From Azolla caroliniana (taxonomy: Eukaryota > Plantae > Polypodiophyta), in assembly GCA_043228905.1 (NCBI GenBank), contig JBHGNT010000016.1, positions 2,108,001 through 2,172,000 on the forward strand: a DNA stretch of 64,000 nt. The letters run 5' to 3'. The position numbers and the translations under genes are program-made. The notes under the pieces were generated by a model. That model saw nothing but the letters and a program-made list of their open reading frames with translations. It was not told the origin of the DNA and ran no database searches. Within the stretch, counting starts at the first letter, position 1; every line of letters begins with the position of its first letter. Positions 40,423-58,891 of the stretch are shown here, one piece after another.

Positions 40423-41186
40423 ATAATGTTAGTAGAAGTGGTAGGCATGACGTGGGTATATGATAGGATTTTTTGGTGTCACATAAAAAATAAACTAGCG
40501 TGCTAGCCATTTTGGATGGTGTGTATCCCATAAGCACACTTAAACTTAAGCCAAATTCCTGTTGGACAACAAAGGCCAAAAGAACCAAATCAGCCTAGAA
40601 TGGAACTCAAGGAGTTGTAAGACAATGCACCATCATACCTACCTTGTCAAGAGGTAGTAACAAGTTGATTACTTTCTTGGACATGTCAACACGCATACTA
40701 TGTTAGTCCAACAAGCATTGGACATCCCTCCACTCCCTAGACCCCACGAAGGACACTAGCAAGCTAACGAATGAACTATGTAGGATCACTCAACTGTGAA
40801 ACCGAAATGAGTGTAATGAGTACTATAATCACCGCACAAATTATGTTTGTAGGTGCCCTTATTGAAGAGGGCATCCTCAAGCAACATTCGAGTTGTGATG
40901 AGAGTTAATTACCTAATTTCCACAATTGAGGAACATCCACGAAGAGAGAGTTTGGAATACTACCTACGAGTGGTTTTTTTGTCTTCATTTCCAAGGGGAG
41001 TGTTTCCTCCTCTTCTTCTTCTTCTTCTTATGGGAGGGAAGCTTGAGGAAGAAGAAGAAGAAGAAGAAGAAGAAGGTGGTGTTTGTTGTGTGTGGAGGGG
41101 TATGTTGTTTTGAAGAGAGATAATGGGAAAACCATAAGAAGGGCATTCCGGGAAATAAAGGAAAAGCTCGGACTAAAAGCCATGGC

Positions 41187-44100
41187 ATGGCGTTCTCATC
41201 AGTGAAGGCAGGAGAAGCAGCAGCAGCAGCTTCGACGCCACAGACACACAGACGTACGATGGTGGCGTGCAGGGATCTGATTTCTTCCTTCTTCTTCTTC
41301 CTTATCGTCATCTTCCTCTCCCTCCCGTATTCTTGCCTCTGCTACCGCCCTGGAGATTTCGTCCCCATGTCTCTGCAGACTCAGTACCACGCTGTAAGTC
41401 ATTCCAGGAAATCGTCACCATCTTTGTTATTTCGATTCCCAATCTGTGCAGAAATCGAATCCCGTATTCTTTTCGTAAAATATATTCTGTCTGTTCGAAT
41501 TGGAGAACTATATCGTTTCTTCTTTGCATCCTTCCCTCTGTTCAGTCCAGAAGACTCTAATGTCGTGCAATCATGAACTGATGAAAAGCAAAAGAATCAT
41601 GTTTATTTGCGTGTTTCATGATTTATTAAAGGAAAATGGACTCGATTCTTGTCAAGAAACTGTTCAGCTCAATGTAGTTTGGACCAATTCAGATGTCATT
41701 GCATTCTAAGGACATAAAAATAATGTTGAGGAGTTCGTAAGTCAACAATTTTATGCGTGCTCAGTCTGTGAGAATCGACTCATGTTTTCTTGCATTTTGA
41801 AACGCAATAATCTGTTTATTGCATTCTAAATTGCCAGGGAATTACGTTGCTGGCATCTGGATAACAGTGCCTTTCCTTGCATTCTCACTGATGAACTCAG
41901 AAAAGAATCAAGATTCCAGATTGATCAAGTAAATAGACTGTATTACTTATGAAAATTTGTTCAGAACAGTGTAGATTGAAATGCATTGTTACTTTCTGAG
42001 GATATAAGGATCATCTTTAAGATCTCAAATCACCGTTTATATGCTCAGCATGGAGAATTGAATCACGCTTCATGCAAAATGACCACCATATTGTTAAAAT
42101 TTGTTCAGATCAATGTAGATTTAGATGATTTCAGACATCATTAATTTCGAAGAACATAAGAATCATGTTAAAATTCTTAATTATATATTTTTTATTCTCA
42201 ATCTGTTGAATTGAATCACGTTTCTTGAATTCTGACAGATGAGAATCGTAAAAGAGCACATTTAAGAAAAAAGAGCATCGTTTGGAAAAACAACTGCTCA
42301 TATTACTGTACATTAAGTCTTCTTGTCAAGAACTGCTCTGATTAGTGTAGAAAGTCTAATTGCGTTTCGTACTACTGATGAATGGCAAAAGACTGGTGCA
42401 CCATACTTGCTTGATTCATTATTAAGGAAAGAAACTGACTTCTTCTATAAAAACAATGTTCACGAATCATTGCTTTTACATTGCTTGACCATACTATTGC
42501 TTTACATTGACACACAAGAATCACAAATCGTGCTGTAGGTTCTCAGTCTGCAAAACTGAATCACTTTTCTGCATTCCGACAGCTGAACTGCAAAAGAAAC
42601 TTGATTCTTTACTGATGTTAGCTTTGTTAAGGAAAGGACTGTACATTAAGAGCACATTTAAGAAAAAAGAGCATCGTTTGGAAAAACAACTGCTCATATT
42701 ACTGTACATTAAGTCTTCTTGTCAAGAACTGTTCTGATTAGTGTAAATCAAAACTTTTATCAAGAACTGTTGAGATTAGTGTAGAAAGTCTAATTACATT
42801 TCGTACTACTGATGAATGGCAAAAGAATGGTGTACCATACTTGCTTGATTCATTACTAAGGAAAGAAACTGATTTCTTCTATAAAAACAATGTTCACGAA
42901 TCATTGCTTTACATTGCTTGACCATACTATTACTTTACATTGACACACAAGAATCACGAATCGTGCTGTAGGTTCTCAGTCTGCAAAACTGAATCACTTT
43001 TCTGCATTCCGACAGCTGAACTGCAAAAGAAACTTGATTCTTTACTGATGTTAGCTTTGTTAAGGAAAGGAATTGGCTTCTTCTCAAAAACTGTTTAGAT
43101 CAGTCTAGATTTAAGATTATGGCTATCTTAGACATAATTTCTATCTACAGACAATTTGTTTTTTGTATCAAATATCTTGTGCTATTCCATGCAATAGCAT
43201 TACTTATCCCACACAGTACACTGACATCATATGGTTGGTAAATTATGGTGTACCACTTCATAAAAACATCATAATCCTCAATTCTGTAATGCCACCACAG
43301 ATCTTATGTATTCTGATACTTATTCTCAGCAAAATTAGATTCAAATTTATAGCCAACTATTTGGAAAGTGCTGTACATAATTCAGGCCGACAATAGGTAT
43401 AGTTCATAAGAAAAGGACAGTCTAGCAAGAATCATATAATACATATGTGAAATCATTCATTATTTTTGTGAGGACATCTATTCTAGTGATATTTAAATGT
43501 GCAATATACTGCATAAACATGCTCCAAACTATCTAAATATTTTTTTCTTTTGTGGCAAAGGACATGTAAGATAAATGCGGCTAAAATCTTTTCAGTTATG
43601 ACCATGAAGAATCATATTGTCCAGAGTAAATGATAACTCAAATGCCGACTGTGATCATTCAATTAATGGATTCTGTAAAACACCTCATCAATCATATTGT
43701 CCAAAGTAAATGATAACTCAAATGCCGACTGTGATCATTCAATTAATGGATCCTATAAAACACCTCATCAATAGACAGAGATAGGAAGCTGTTGGACTAA
43801 GCTATTCCAGAGGTACATGCACCTTCAATATTTGTTTCTCTTAGTGCATATGTAAGGCACACATGTATATCATGTGAATGGGAAGAAGATTGGTAGTGTT
43901 CGTATTGATGTATGATGTTACAGCAATAAAGTAATGTCACTTGCTGTATTTTTACCTGTCTTACTATTTTAGAGGGGACAAATAAAAACTTCCTTATTTA
44001 TTTGTCTATGGAATCACCTTTCTTTGATGTTTCATGAAAGTGATTGATTGCAAACTAATCCAACTTATTGATTTGTGCAAGATGAGGAGTCCCTGGCATG

Positions 44101-47100
44101 ATACATTGGGTCATCACTGCCCTCGATTTGGGATTGATAGAGAAGTATATATTTCAACTATGTTACTTTCATTCCTTGTTCTGTGTTATGGGTACATCAC
44201 CTTATCTTGTCTATGTTTTCACAGGTTCTGTTACCACTTTCACAGCCAACTGGATACACTGGAGCTGACCCCTACAAAATGTAAATACTTTTGGGAATGT
44301 ATTCCATTTCATTTTTTATTTGAAATGTCTTTGCAACTAGGGTATGCTTAGTTATATTGTTAATTTATATACTAGTCAAAATTTCCCTCAATTCTGGTGG
44401 TCATAGTTAGTAACTAGTGTACATCCATATTTTCATGGCTAACTTGAACCAAGCAACTTATCCTGTGATATAAATTTCAGTATTACTCAAATTTAAGCCA
44501 TAAAACTGATTTCACATTAGAATTTTATCACAAGATATAGATTTTGAAGTGCTATCTTAATCATGAATCTCAAAATAATGTTCATGTTGTGTAGAACTCT
44601 TCAGATAGGAAAAGAGAAGTTTCATACACCATGGTTATTTGTGATTGGTCGGCAAACCGCAGAAGTTCCAATGATCATCATAAAGTTGGTAATATTCTAG
44701 GGATTTCTGTTCTGGTTGAAATCTAGCAGATATTACTGGTTTTTGCAATAATGTAATGGCCAATTGAAATTATGGGAGTTGATAAGATTGCATAGAGGAT
44801 TAATCAGCATAGTCATTGAATGCTAGCTTCTTTTTTTTCTAATGTAGCAATTTTATTTAGTTTGAAGATTGTATTTATGAATATTGATTCCCATAACCTG
44901 CATTGAGACCAACATTGAAATAGAATCAATGAGACAGCACATGCATATTGACTCAAGTTCCATCACTAAGAGTTCTCCTTCCAGCATTATTGGAAACAAA
45001 TTTAGGTTAATCTTATTAATGCTAGCTTCACAGTTTTAGCTATAGTTTAGCAAATAGCTAGAACATATGAAATGATCATTTCGTAGAGCCAAGTATATTG
45101 ATACTGTTTGTAATGGTGGATGATATTATACACATTGTCATAGGGTGATTAGGAGTTTATATTTCAGATGTGCTGCATATGCTTGGCTGTGCTGATTGTA
45201 TTAATTTTCCATATTCTGTATGTGCAGACTTGCTTCTATTTTCATACTGCATACCTGTAATCTGCTTATCTAGTGAAAGGAAATTATTGCTGTAAGATTT
45301 CTGTCACAGTAGATTTGCAAAAGCTATTAGATAACAAACTATCACGGCTGGAGTGAATTAACACTTCCTACATAAGGGGATATGATTTCAGACGTATGCC
45401 ATTAGCAGAAAGCACTTGTGAAACCATAATATTTATGTAAATAAAGAGAAATTACTAAAAGCCTAAAATTTTCTGTCTTTTATGAAACCATAAGACTATG
45501 TAAATAAATAGAAATTACTTGGAAGGGTCGCAAGCATTTAAAACAAATACTTCGCATAGTTAATGAAATCAGAGTAGTTGAGGACATGATTAACGGAGTG
45601 AGGCCAGTCATATGACTCTCTAGCCAACTGAATACCACTGAGCTGAGGGGCCCATGAGCTGGCATAATGTCCTCCCATGGCTCATTCCATGGAAAGAAAA
45701 CAATAGCTGCTACTTTGGCAGGTGTATGTTTGTTTACCTTATGGATAGTGTTGTATCTTTTCTGCAATTGAGATAACTCTCCATGCTTATAGCATACAAT
45801 GTACCACTGCACACAATAGTTGTAAACCATTTCTATACCACTAAAACCTTATCTGTGTTCAGAAAATAGACTCAAGACTGTGGCCTAATTGACAAGATTA
45901 GGAATAACTATGTATAAAAAACAAGATTAATACATTTCTTTTTTTTTCAAATGAGGAATAACAGTGAATTTTACAGATAATGTTGTTTTTCTTTATTGTA
46001 TAGAGATATGCTGGTGCTGATTTGCAAGGAGTTGTTGCAAAAATTGAAAACATGCCACATCAATGTAAGTTCATAGCTGACTATAAATGTTCTATAAATG
46101 CCACATCAATGTAAGTTCATATCTTCAAAATTGCTTTCTAGTTCTATAAATGTTTTATATTAAATGGACATGTTTTAGACATCTTTTCAAAATAAAAGGA
46201 ATTATAGTTGTCTTATGACATCAATTTGAAATGTTTTTGTGTAAATATAATTCTATCATGATCACTGGATGTTTTTGACACCCTACATTCATCTCTTTTT
46301 TATTTTTAGTGTGCCAATAAAGCTAAGTAGGATCAAGACTTGTCTATTTTTCTTCTATCATAATGCATTACGTATACTTTCAACGATAATTCTATCTTTC
46401 TAGGAAGGGCTTATTAGCCCAAAGATCCTCATCAATATCAACACTACAAAAAAAAATCTGTAATAGCGTGTATGAAGCCGTTTTTGTTATGAGGATCTTT
46501 ACATGAAACAACATGAGTTCTAGAAATAGAAGTATATTTTCAGATTTATTTACACTAACTTGTATAAATGGTTGGGGCAACTTTTCTAAGTGTTTAGAAT
46601 ACAGTTGCTACCGTTGGATTGCTTCTGTCTCTTGCATTGACAGGAAATGTTGTTATTTTCATTTCTTCTAGAAGTGCATGGGTCAGTAAGACCCTCAGCA
46701 TTGGCTGTAGTTTGTTATTTCCCTTTACATTATTGAATATTCATCATGCAACTGATAGATGATTTCCTTGTCTTGCAGATTTAAAACAACATGAAGATGT
46801 GATGAAGCATTATTGGGATGTTAAGAAGTGGCCTAAGCATATATTAATCCAGTATCAATGGTATTTAATATTTATCCCTATTTACCACTCTACATATAAT
46901 AATGTCGTAAAATTTCTATATCTTTTGCTCAAAGCTATATGCTCAAATTTCTATATCTATGAGGTTTTTTGCACAAAGTGGCCTAAGCATAAACCAATCC
47001 TGCATACCTGGTATTGAATATTTATCTCTATTATATAATATTTTCATATACAATTGTATATGTGTGCAGTTACTTATATTTCTAATTCTTGGAATGCCCA

Positions 47101-48741
47101 GTTATCTAAGGATATATTACACTGTAACATGACCATCTATAGTATTATATCACGTTTGAATCTATCCTTGCTTCCATATAGAGGATTTTCAAGTAATACC
47201 TATTCTGCTATATCTAATTGCGTATGCATATTATAAGCTAGGAATGGAAGACAACGAAGTTTTACAATATACTCTGCATCAAAATGCAAAATAAATTTGA
47301 GTAACTTGCAATACTCATTGCAATTGCCAACTTCCCAGATTATGTGTAGAACAGGGCACATCAGTTTTGTACAAACATTATCTGTTGGATAGTGAATCTG
47401 CTAATTGATACAATGATCATTATAGATGCACAATATTATCTCCATGATCTGATGGAGTTGAATGATGCATCTCATGGCTGACATTCTCTTTGGAGAGTGC
47501 ATGATTATATCTTTGGCATGCTGGAGTTGAACAATGCATCTTATGTTGATTTGAAAAATAAGATATTCTCGAATCTGAACTCTACCTTTAATAGAAGAAT
47601 GAATTATGTTATCTGATATGATTTGACGAAAACATCATTAGTATACATATGAAGTTCAATGATGTCTTAATTATCTATTGTATTTTTTATAGGGAAGAGA
47701 GGTCCATTGTTGATGTCGAAACAGGACTATACATTCTTTTTGGGTCAGGTATAATACTTGTTGGTTATTCATAATAATTTTACACAAAGAGCTGTAATAA
47801 AACTAGCACGTGATGTCATATTATAGGCTTCACCTTGACACTTGTTATGGCTCTTCATATTCTTCAATCGTCCAAGGAAAAACTGGCAAGGTATGAATTC
47901 CTTAAGCCATATTGGTTTCAGAAAAGCTTTGATTTTCTCTTTGTCAAGCTGTGTGTAGAGAGAGAGAGAGAGTGTGTGTGTGTGTGTGTGGCTTTGTAGG
48001 AATTCATGCCACATGAGTGAATACATAAGAACGTTAAGTCTAGCATGAGCTTTCTTCCTTATGGGTATTATTGAGAAACATAAATGCATTCTAAGAAAGG
48101 GATTGCAAAAAGGCCACAATTTATTGGAAGCACAAAGCATCCATTTTCTTTCAATCAGGGAGCAAAAACCACAACCTAATGTTTACAACCAGAACTTTTC
48201 CAATTACTATAGAAATCATTCCATAAGTGTGTGACTATAAAAGAAGAGATGGCAAGTTGTCTACAGGCCATTCTAAACTCTAAACCATCATATCATTTGT
48301 CCATAACATTTTGTCTTTGTGCGTGCATAGAATTAGTATGTGAACCTGTATACCCCCATGACATAAATGTGATAACATGTGCATAATTTCTTGTATATTG
48401 CTAAGGTAGAGATTCCTTCATTTGTAAGTGTAATCGATTTCCAAATCCGCAAGATAAAAGTGTAAAACCATAATGTAATCAACATAGCCTCTTTCCATGG
48501 ATATGAGCTTATTGATATTAATGACGGATTAGAAGTGTCCATATATATAAAATGAGTGAGATAACACATAATGAGCTATGTTATGGCAATAATGCAATGC
48601 AAATTTCCATAGCCTTTACCTTATTTTTAATTGAGGGTATGGCATAAAAGAGGCCTTTATTCATATTCTGTGGTTGACAGGTTTGTAAAGGAAACAGTGG
48701 TTTCAAGCAGTTTGCAAGGGGAAGAGGCCAAAGTAGAGTAA
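41187..48741 (+). CDS. NPU: NPU-like (NO PRIMEXINE AND PLASMA MEMBRANE UNDULATION, At3g51610-like) membrane protein, 9 exons, about 247 aa
   Basis: Exons 41187-41393, 44082-44144, 44225-44280, 44595-44688, 46004-46064, 46779-46860, 47693-47748, 47827-47890 and 48681-48741 splice in frame: YRPGDFVPMS..QYH.MRSPWHDTLGHHCP.F.IDREVL.P...PTGYTGADPYKI..Q.G.EKF..PWL.VI.R...EVPMI...LRY.G.DL.GV.AK...MPH.Y...WPKH.L..Y.WEE.S..DV.TGLY.LFGSG...LQSSKEKLARFVKETV...AKVE*. Family assigned from memory. Confidence 0.85.
42252..43071. repeat. Recent ~396-bp tandem duplication in NPU intron 1
   Basis: AAGAGCACATTTAAGAAAAAAGAGCATCGTTTGG starts at 42252 and 42648, and the copies are nearly identical through TTAAGGAAAGGA. 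Copy 2 carries a small internal duplication. Confidence 0.9.
43610..43772. repeat. 80-bp tandem duplication in NPU intron 1
   Basis: AATCATATTGTCCA.AGTAAATGATAACTCAAATGCCGACTG starts at 43610 and 43690. Confidence 0.9.
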
Positions 48742-49086
48742 ACACAATCCTGAGTTTATTTTCATAGAAATATATGGTGATGGTGTCAAAGTAAGGTGTA
48801 CACTGTTAACTCATTTCAATATGGCATAAAGATTCATTTCCAGTGAGTTGAGACAAATTTGGAAAGCAATGTAATATATGCTGCTTCATTTCTTTTTTCT
48901 ATTTTGTATTGTCGCTTCTGTTTTATGATATTGCTCTCTTTTGCTCTATGTGTGTGAGGTAGTGAGGAACTTTGGATATTCTTATTATATAATTGATTAG
49001 TGAACCTGGATCAAGAAATTATTAGACAACTGACCAAATATCATCCATAGACAATAGCATCCTGTACTGTATTCATAAACAGTTTC

Positions 49087-49807
49087 CTATACATTTGTAA
49101 ATTGATTTATGTTTTTCGAGGAAAAGCTATATCTTGGGAGTCTAATTGATTTATACATTGATTTATGTTTTTCGAGGAAAAGCTATATCTTGGGAGCTAT
49201 ACATTTGTAAATTGATTTATTTTCGTAATCATTGTGTAGATTATGTGTAACTTTTCTATATTTTGTACTCTCTTGCCCTTTCCATGTTACATGGGGTTAT
49301 CTGCATCAACAAATATCCTTCATGTGTCCTGGAGTATTTATTTCACATGTTAAATATCCTTCGTGTGTGACATGGAATATTCATCTCCTTTGTCAAATAC
49401 CCTTCCATGTATGTCATTGGTTTATTCCATATGTCAAGTACTACCCTTCATGTATGTCGTGGAATCAAATATCCTTCATGTATGTCGTGGAGTCAAATAT
49501 CCTTCATATATATCATGGAGAAATTATTCCATGCCAAATATCCTACCTAGAGTATTGATACCTTGGTACTTACACGACAAGAATTCATCACTGACAAACA
49601 CTCTTCTGAATGAAAACTTAGCTAATTGATGCCATGTTCTTTGTCTTTATCTTCAGGGTAATCCATGCATGCCAAATATCCTACCTAGAGTATTGATACC
49701 TTGGTACTTACACAACAAGACATCATCATTGATAAACACTCTTATGAATGAAAACTTAGTTAATTGATGCCATGTTCTTTGTTTTCATCTTCAGGGTAAG
49801 GCATGCC
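49087..49807. repeat. Repeat cluster between the convergent NPU and enolase 3' ends
   Basis: A 40-bp duplication (49101/49157), a degenerate 28-45-bp minisatellite CAAATATCCTTCATGTATGTCGTGGA (49310-49530) and a 138-bp tandem duplication (49530/49668). Confidence 0.8.
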
Positions 49808-50423
49808 ACCTGTGAGATGTCACACAATAACCCCCTCACGGGTAATAGGGTGGCAGTATAAGTTTGGTGACTTGGAAATGTGTATAATTCAACCCCATAC
49901 CAATTGATACAAAATATGAACAAATACAGCAATGAACCCAAAACAATTATGTACTTTATCTGGTCTATTACTATGTTGAACATAACCGTTAACCTTGAAC
50001 CATGTTTAACATACATGATATAGCACAATTCTATATTCCATTTATATTATATCTGTGTGAGTGCAATACATGTGCATTGCCAAATTACCATCTCTTAAGT
50101 GATCATTGTAGGCCTTTCATGTTCACCAGTTCTGGTAGACAAACAAATTCCCATACAGCTCCCAATCAAATGTATGCATAATATAATATAGCGCAAATTC
50201 ATCATCGATTGTTTGGTACATTAGGTTATTTATCTAATCTGTAATGAGTGCAATGAATGTGCATTAACAAATTTTCACCCCTAAGTAATCCTTCTGAGCC
50301 TTAGGGTTTAGGTTTTGACAGGCATAACCAAAGAAAATCTATAAGAGGCTTGACAAGCTCGATAATTACCAAATAGCCCCCAATCAATCGTTTCATCATC
50401 AGAACAAAAAGATAGAAAGAATC

Positions 50424-56727
<6,304 letters not shown>

Positions 56728-58891
56728 GGCTATTCTTGGCGTTTGAAGCTTTCTGGCGATGGCGATGGTTTCTTTCTCAGTTCGGGGGCGTCTGCATCAA
56801 ACAACAAAGTCATTCAAAACTGTTTTCTTCGATCGGAAAACACTAGTTCATGTTTGCCTACATACGCACATACACATACACATACATGGCATACAATTCA
56901 TACGTGCATAGTACATACATACATGCATATATACATGGTATACAATTCATACGTGCATACATACATGCCATACAATTCATGCATATATACGAGCGTACAT
57001 GGGCTCCCTCCCCCATCTATCTTGCCTACAATGAAGTGATAAGGGGTTCTTTCACGAGCGCACTTTCTCCGGGCTCTCTTTCTTCTCGTCTATTCCTTTA
57101 TTATCATGCTCTATGCCGCTCTACCCTCTAAACATTGTGTCAATTCTACAAAAAAACTCATCACATTACCAAGCATTCACTCTATTTACCTTTGAAAATG
57201 TAGCTACCACATCAATCTCTAACATGTGAGAGCTTATGTTGATCAACACTATACAACCATGGTTTTTACATTTGAACCTATAGTACCCATGCTCTCAATC
57301 TAAATTTTGTCAAGAGTTTCTATAAATCTATATAGCTTCAAAATGTCACTACATTATGACACTTCTTCATATTTTAATCTTGGAATGTCATCGGACAAAA
57401 GGTGTGAATCTACATCAGCAATCATTTGTGGGATATCCTACAAACCTTGTTTTATGTAGAGGAATGTAAAAAGTTCTCCTTTAGCACCATCACGTCTAGT
57501 TATTATTATAATTTATTTTTATTTTTATTTTTATTAGCATTTCTGTAAAAATGTGCCAATTTGAATGTAATCATACCATTTTAATTGCAGCAATTGTTTG
57601 TGCTTATGACCTTGAACATAATAAAAGATTCTTATAACCCAGCCCGTAATGATGCAAAGCACAATATTTAAACAAACAGATGTTTAAGCTTTAGAATTTC
57701 ATTACAATAACCTCACGAGTCTACACTATGATGTGGCATCCGACTTCACTGTGCAATGCCTCATTTAATGCTCACTCAATATTCAAGAAAATACTTACAA
57801 ATTGCCACTACATTGAAACAAATTATTACAAGGGTACAAATTTTAGTAATTTGTCAGAATACCACTCTTTTCCACAAAAGCTATTAGCCACCACATTATA
57901 TTTTACCTCAAAAATTGTTATGTTGTGGTAAAAAGACAAAAGTGAACAAACACAAAAAGCTGGGAATCAAGCCAACCATTAGGTTGGCATAAGAAAGATT
58001 ATGAGCTGGGATCATGCTTGGTTACCCATCCTGTTTAATATATGTGCAATATGGGAACTTCTGTACTGTAGGAAACATGAAACAAAAGTAAGAGTTGGGA
58101 ATTTTATAATTTAACGCAGAGAAATATTGCTGTTTTTGTGCTCGCTTTTTGGGATAGAAACCAACGTAGAAGGGTTGCACATCTGTTTTGTACTATGAGG
58201 TGGAGACCTATCAAAAATAAAAGAATCTGAATAAATGAGTGATAGTTAGAATTTGAATGGTGGGAAAAAAAGCATACATTGCAAAACATTCGGAAAGATT
58301 GTAGCTTCTTCATTCAGTTTTTCAGCTGTCACATAAATCACTATAGAAGAACGAGGGTACTCGTGTTAAGGGCATAGATATAGTAGAGAGATTAAGGGCA
58401 CTTAACAGAGATCAATCAACAAATTAATGGCACTTGATTGAGAGATTAATGATCCAAGCCTCCTTTTCGATAGCCTGTTGCTTCTGAAGAAATAAATCTA
58501 GTAGTTTTTGTAGTTTCTGTCCTCTGATACTTGGAAACTCTTCCTTCTTTTACTCTTTACAACAATCTCACATTTTTCTTCCAAAGTTAAGAACAGAAGG
58601 GGAACTGATTTTGGTGACTTGTTGATTACTTTAAGCATCCCAGCTCTCTATTAAAACATGTATTTTGGAAAACTCAAACGCAGGAGACGTTCACAATGTG
58701 CATTTTGATCAAAATCTCCATGCAATAGATGAGAAAACATGAAGCAAAAAGATATGGCCTTCCTTGTATAGCAATCACAATACCCAGTCTTTGTATTAAC
58801 AACTTAAAATAACTATTCATATGCATAACTTTCTTTTGGTATGAAACATAAAGATCAATTACTTGAAATTTTTTTGTGTTGCTTCTGGCTG

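Noticed and set aside
49310-49530. Possible CRISPR array of AAATATCCTTCATG repeats, or U12 AT-AC donors
   Set aside because: It is a degenerate intergenic minisatellite without unique spacers and lies outside any exon structure.
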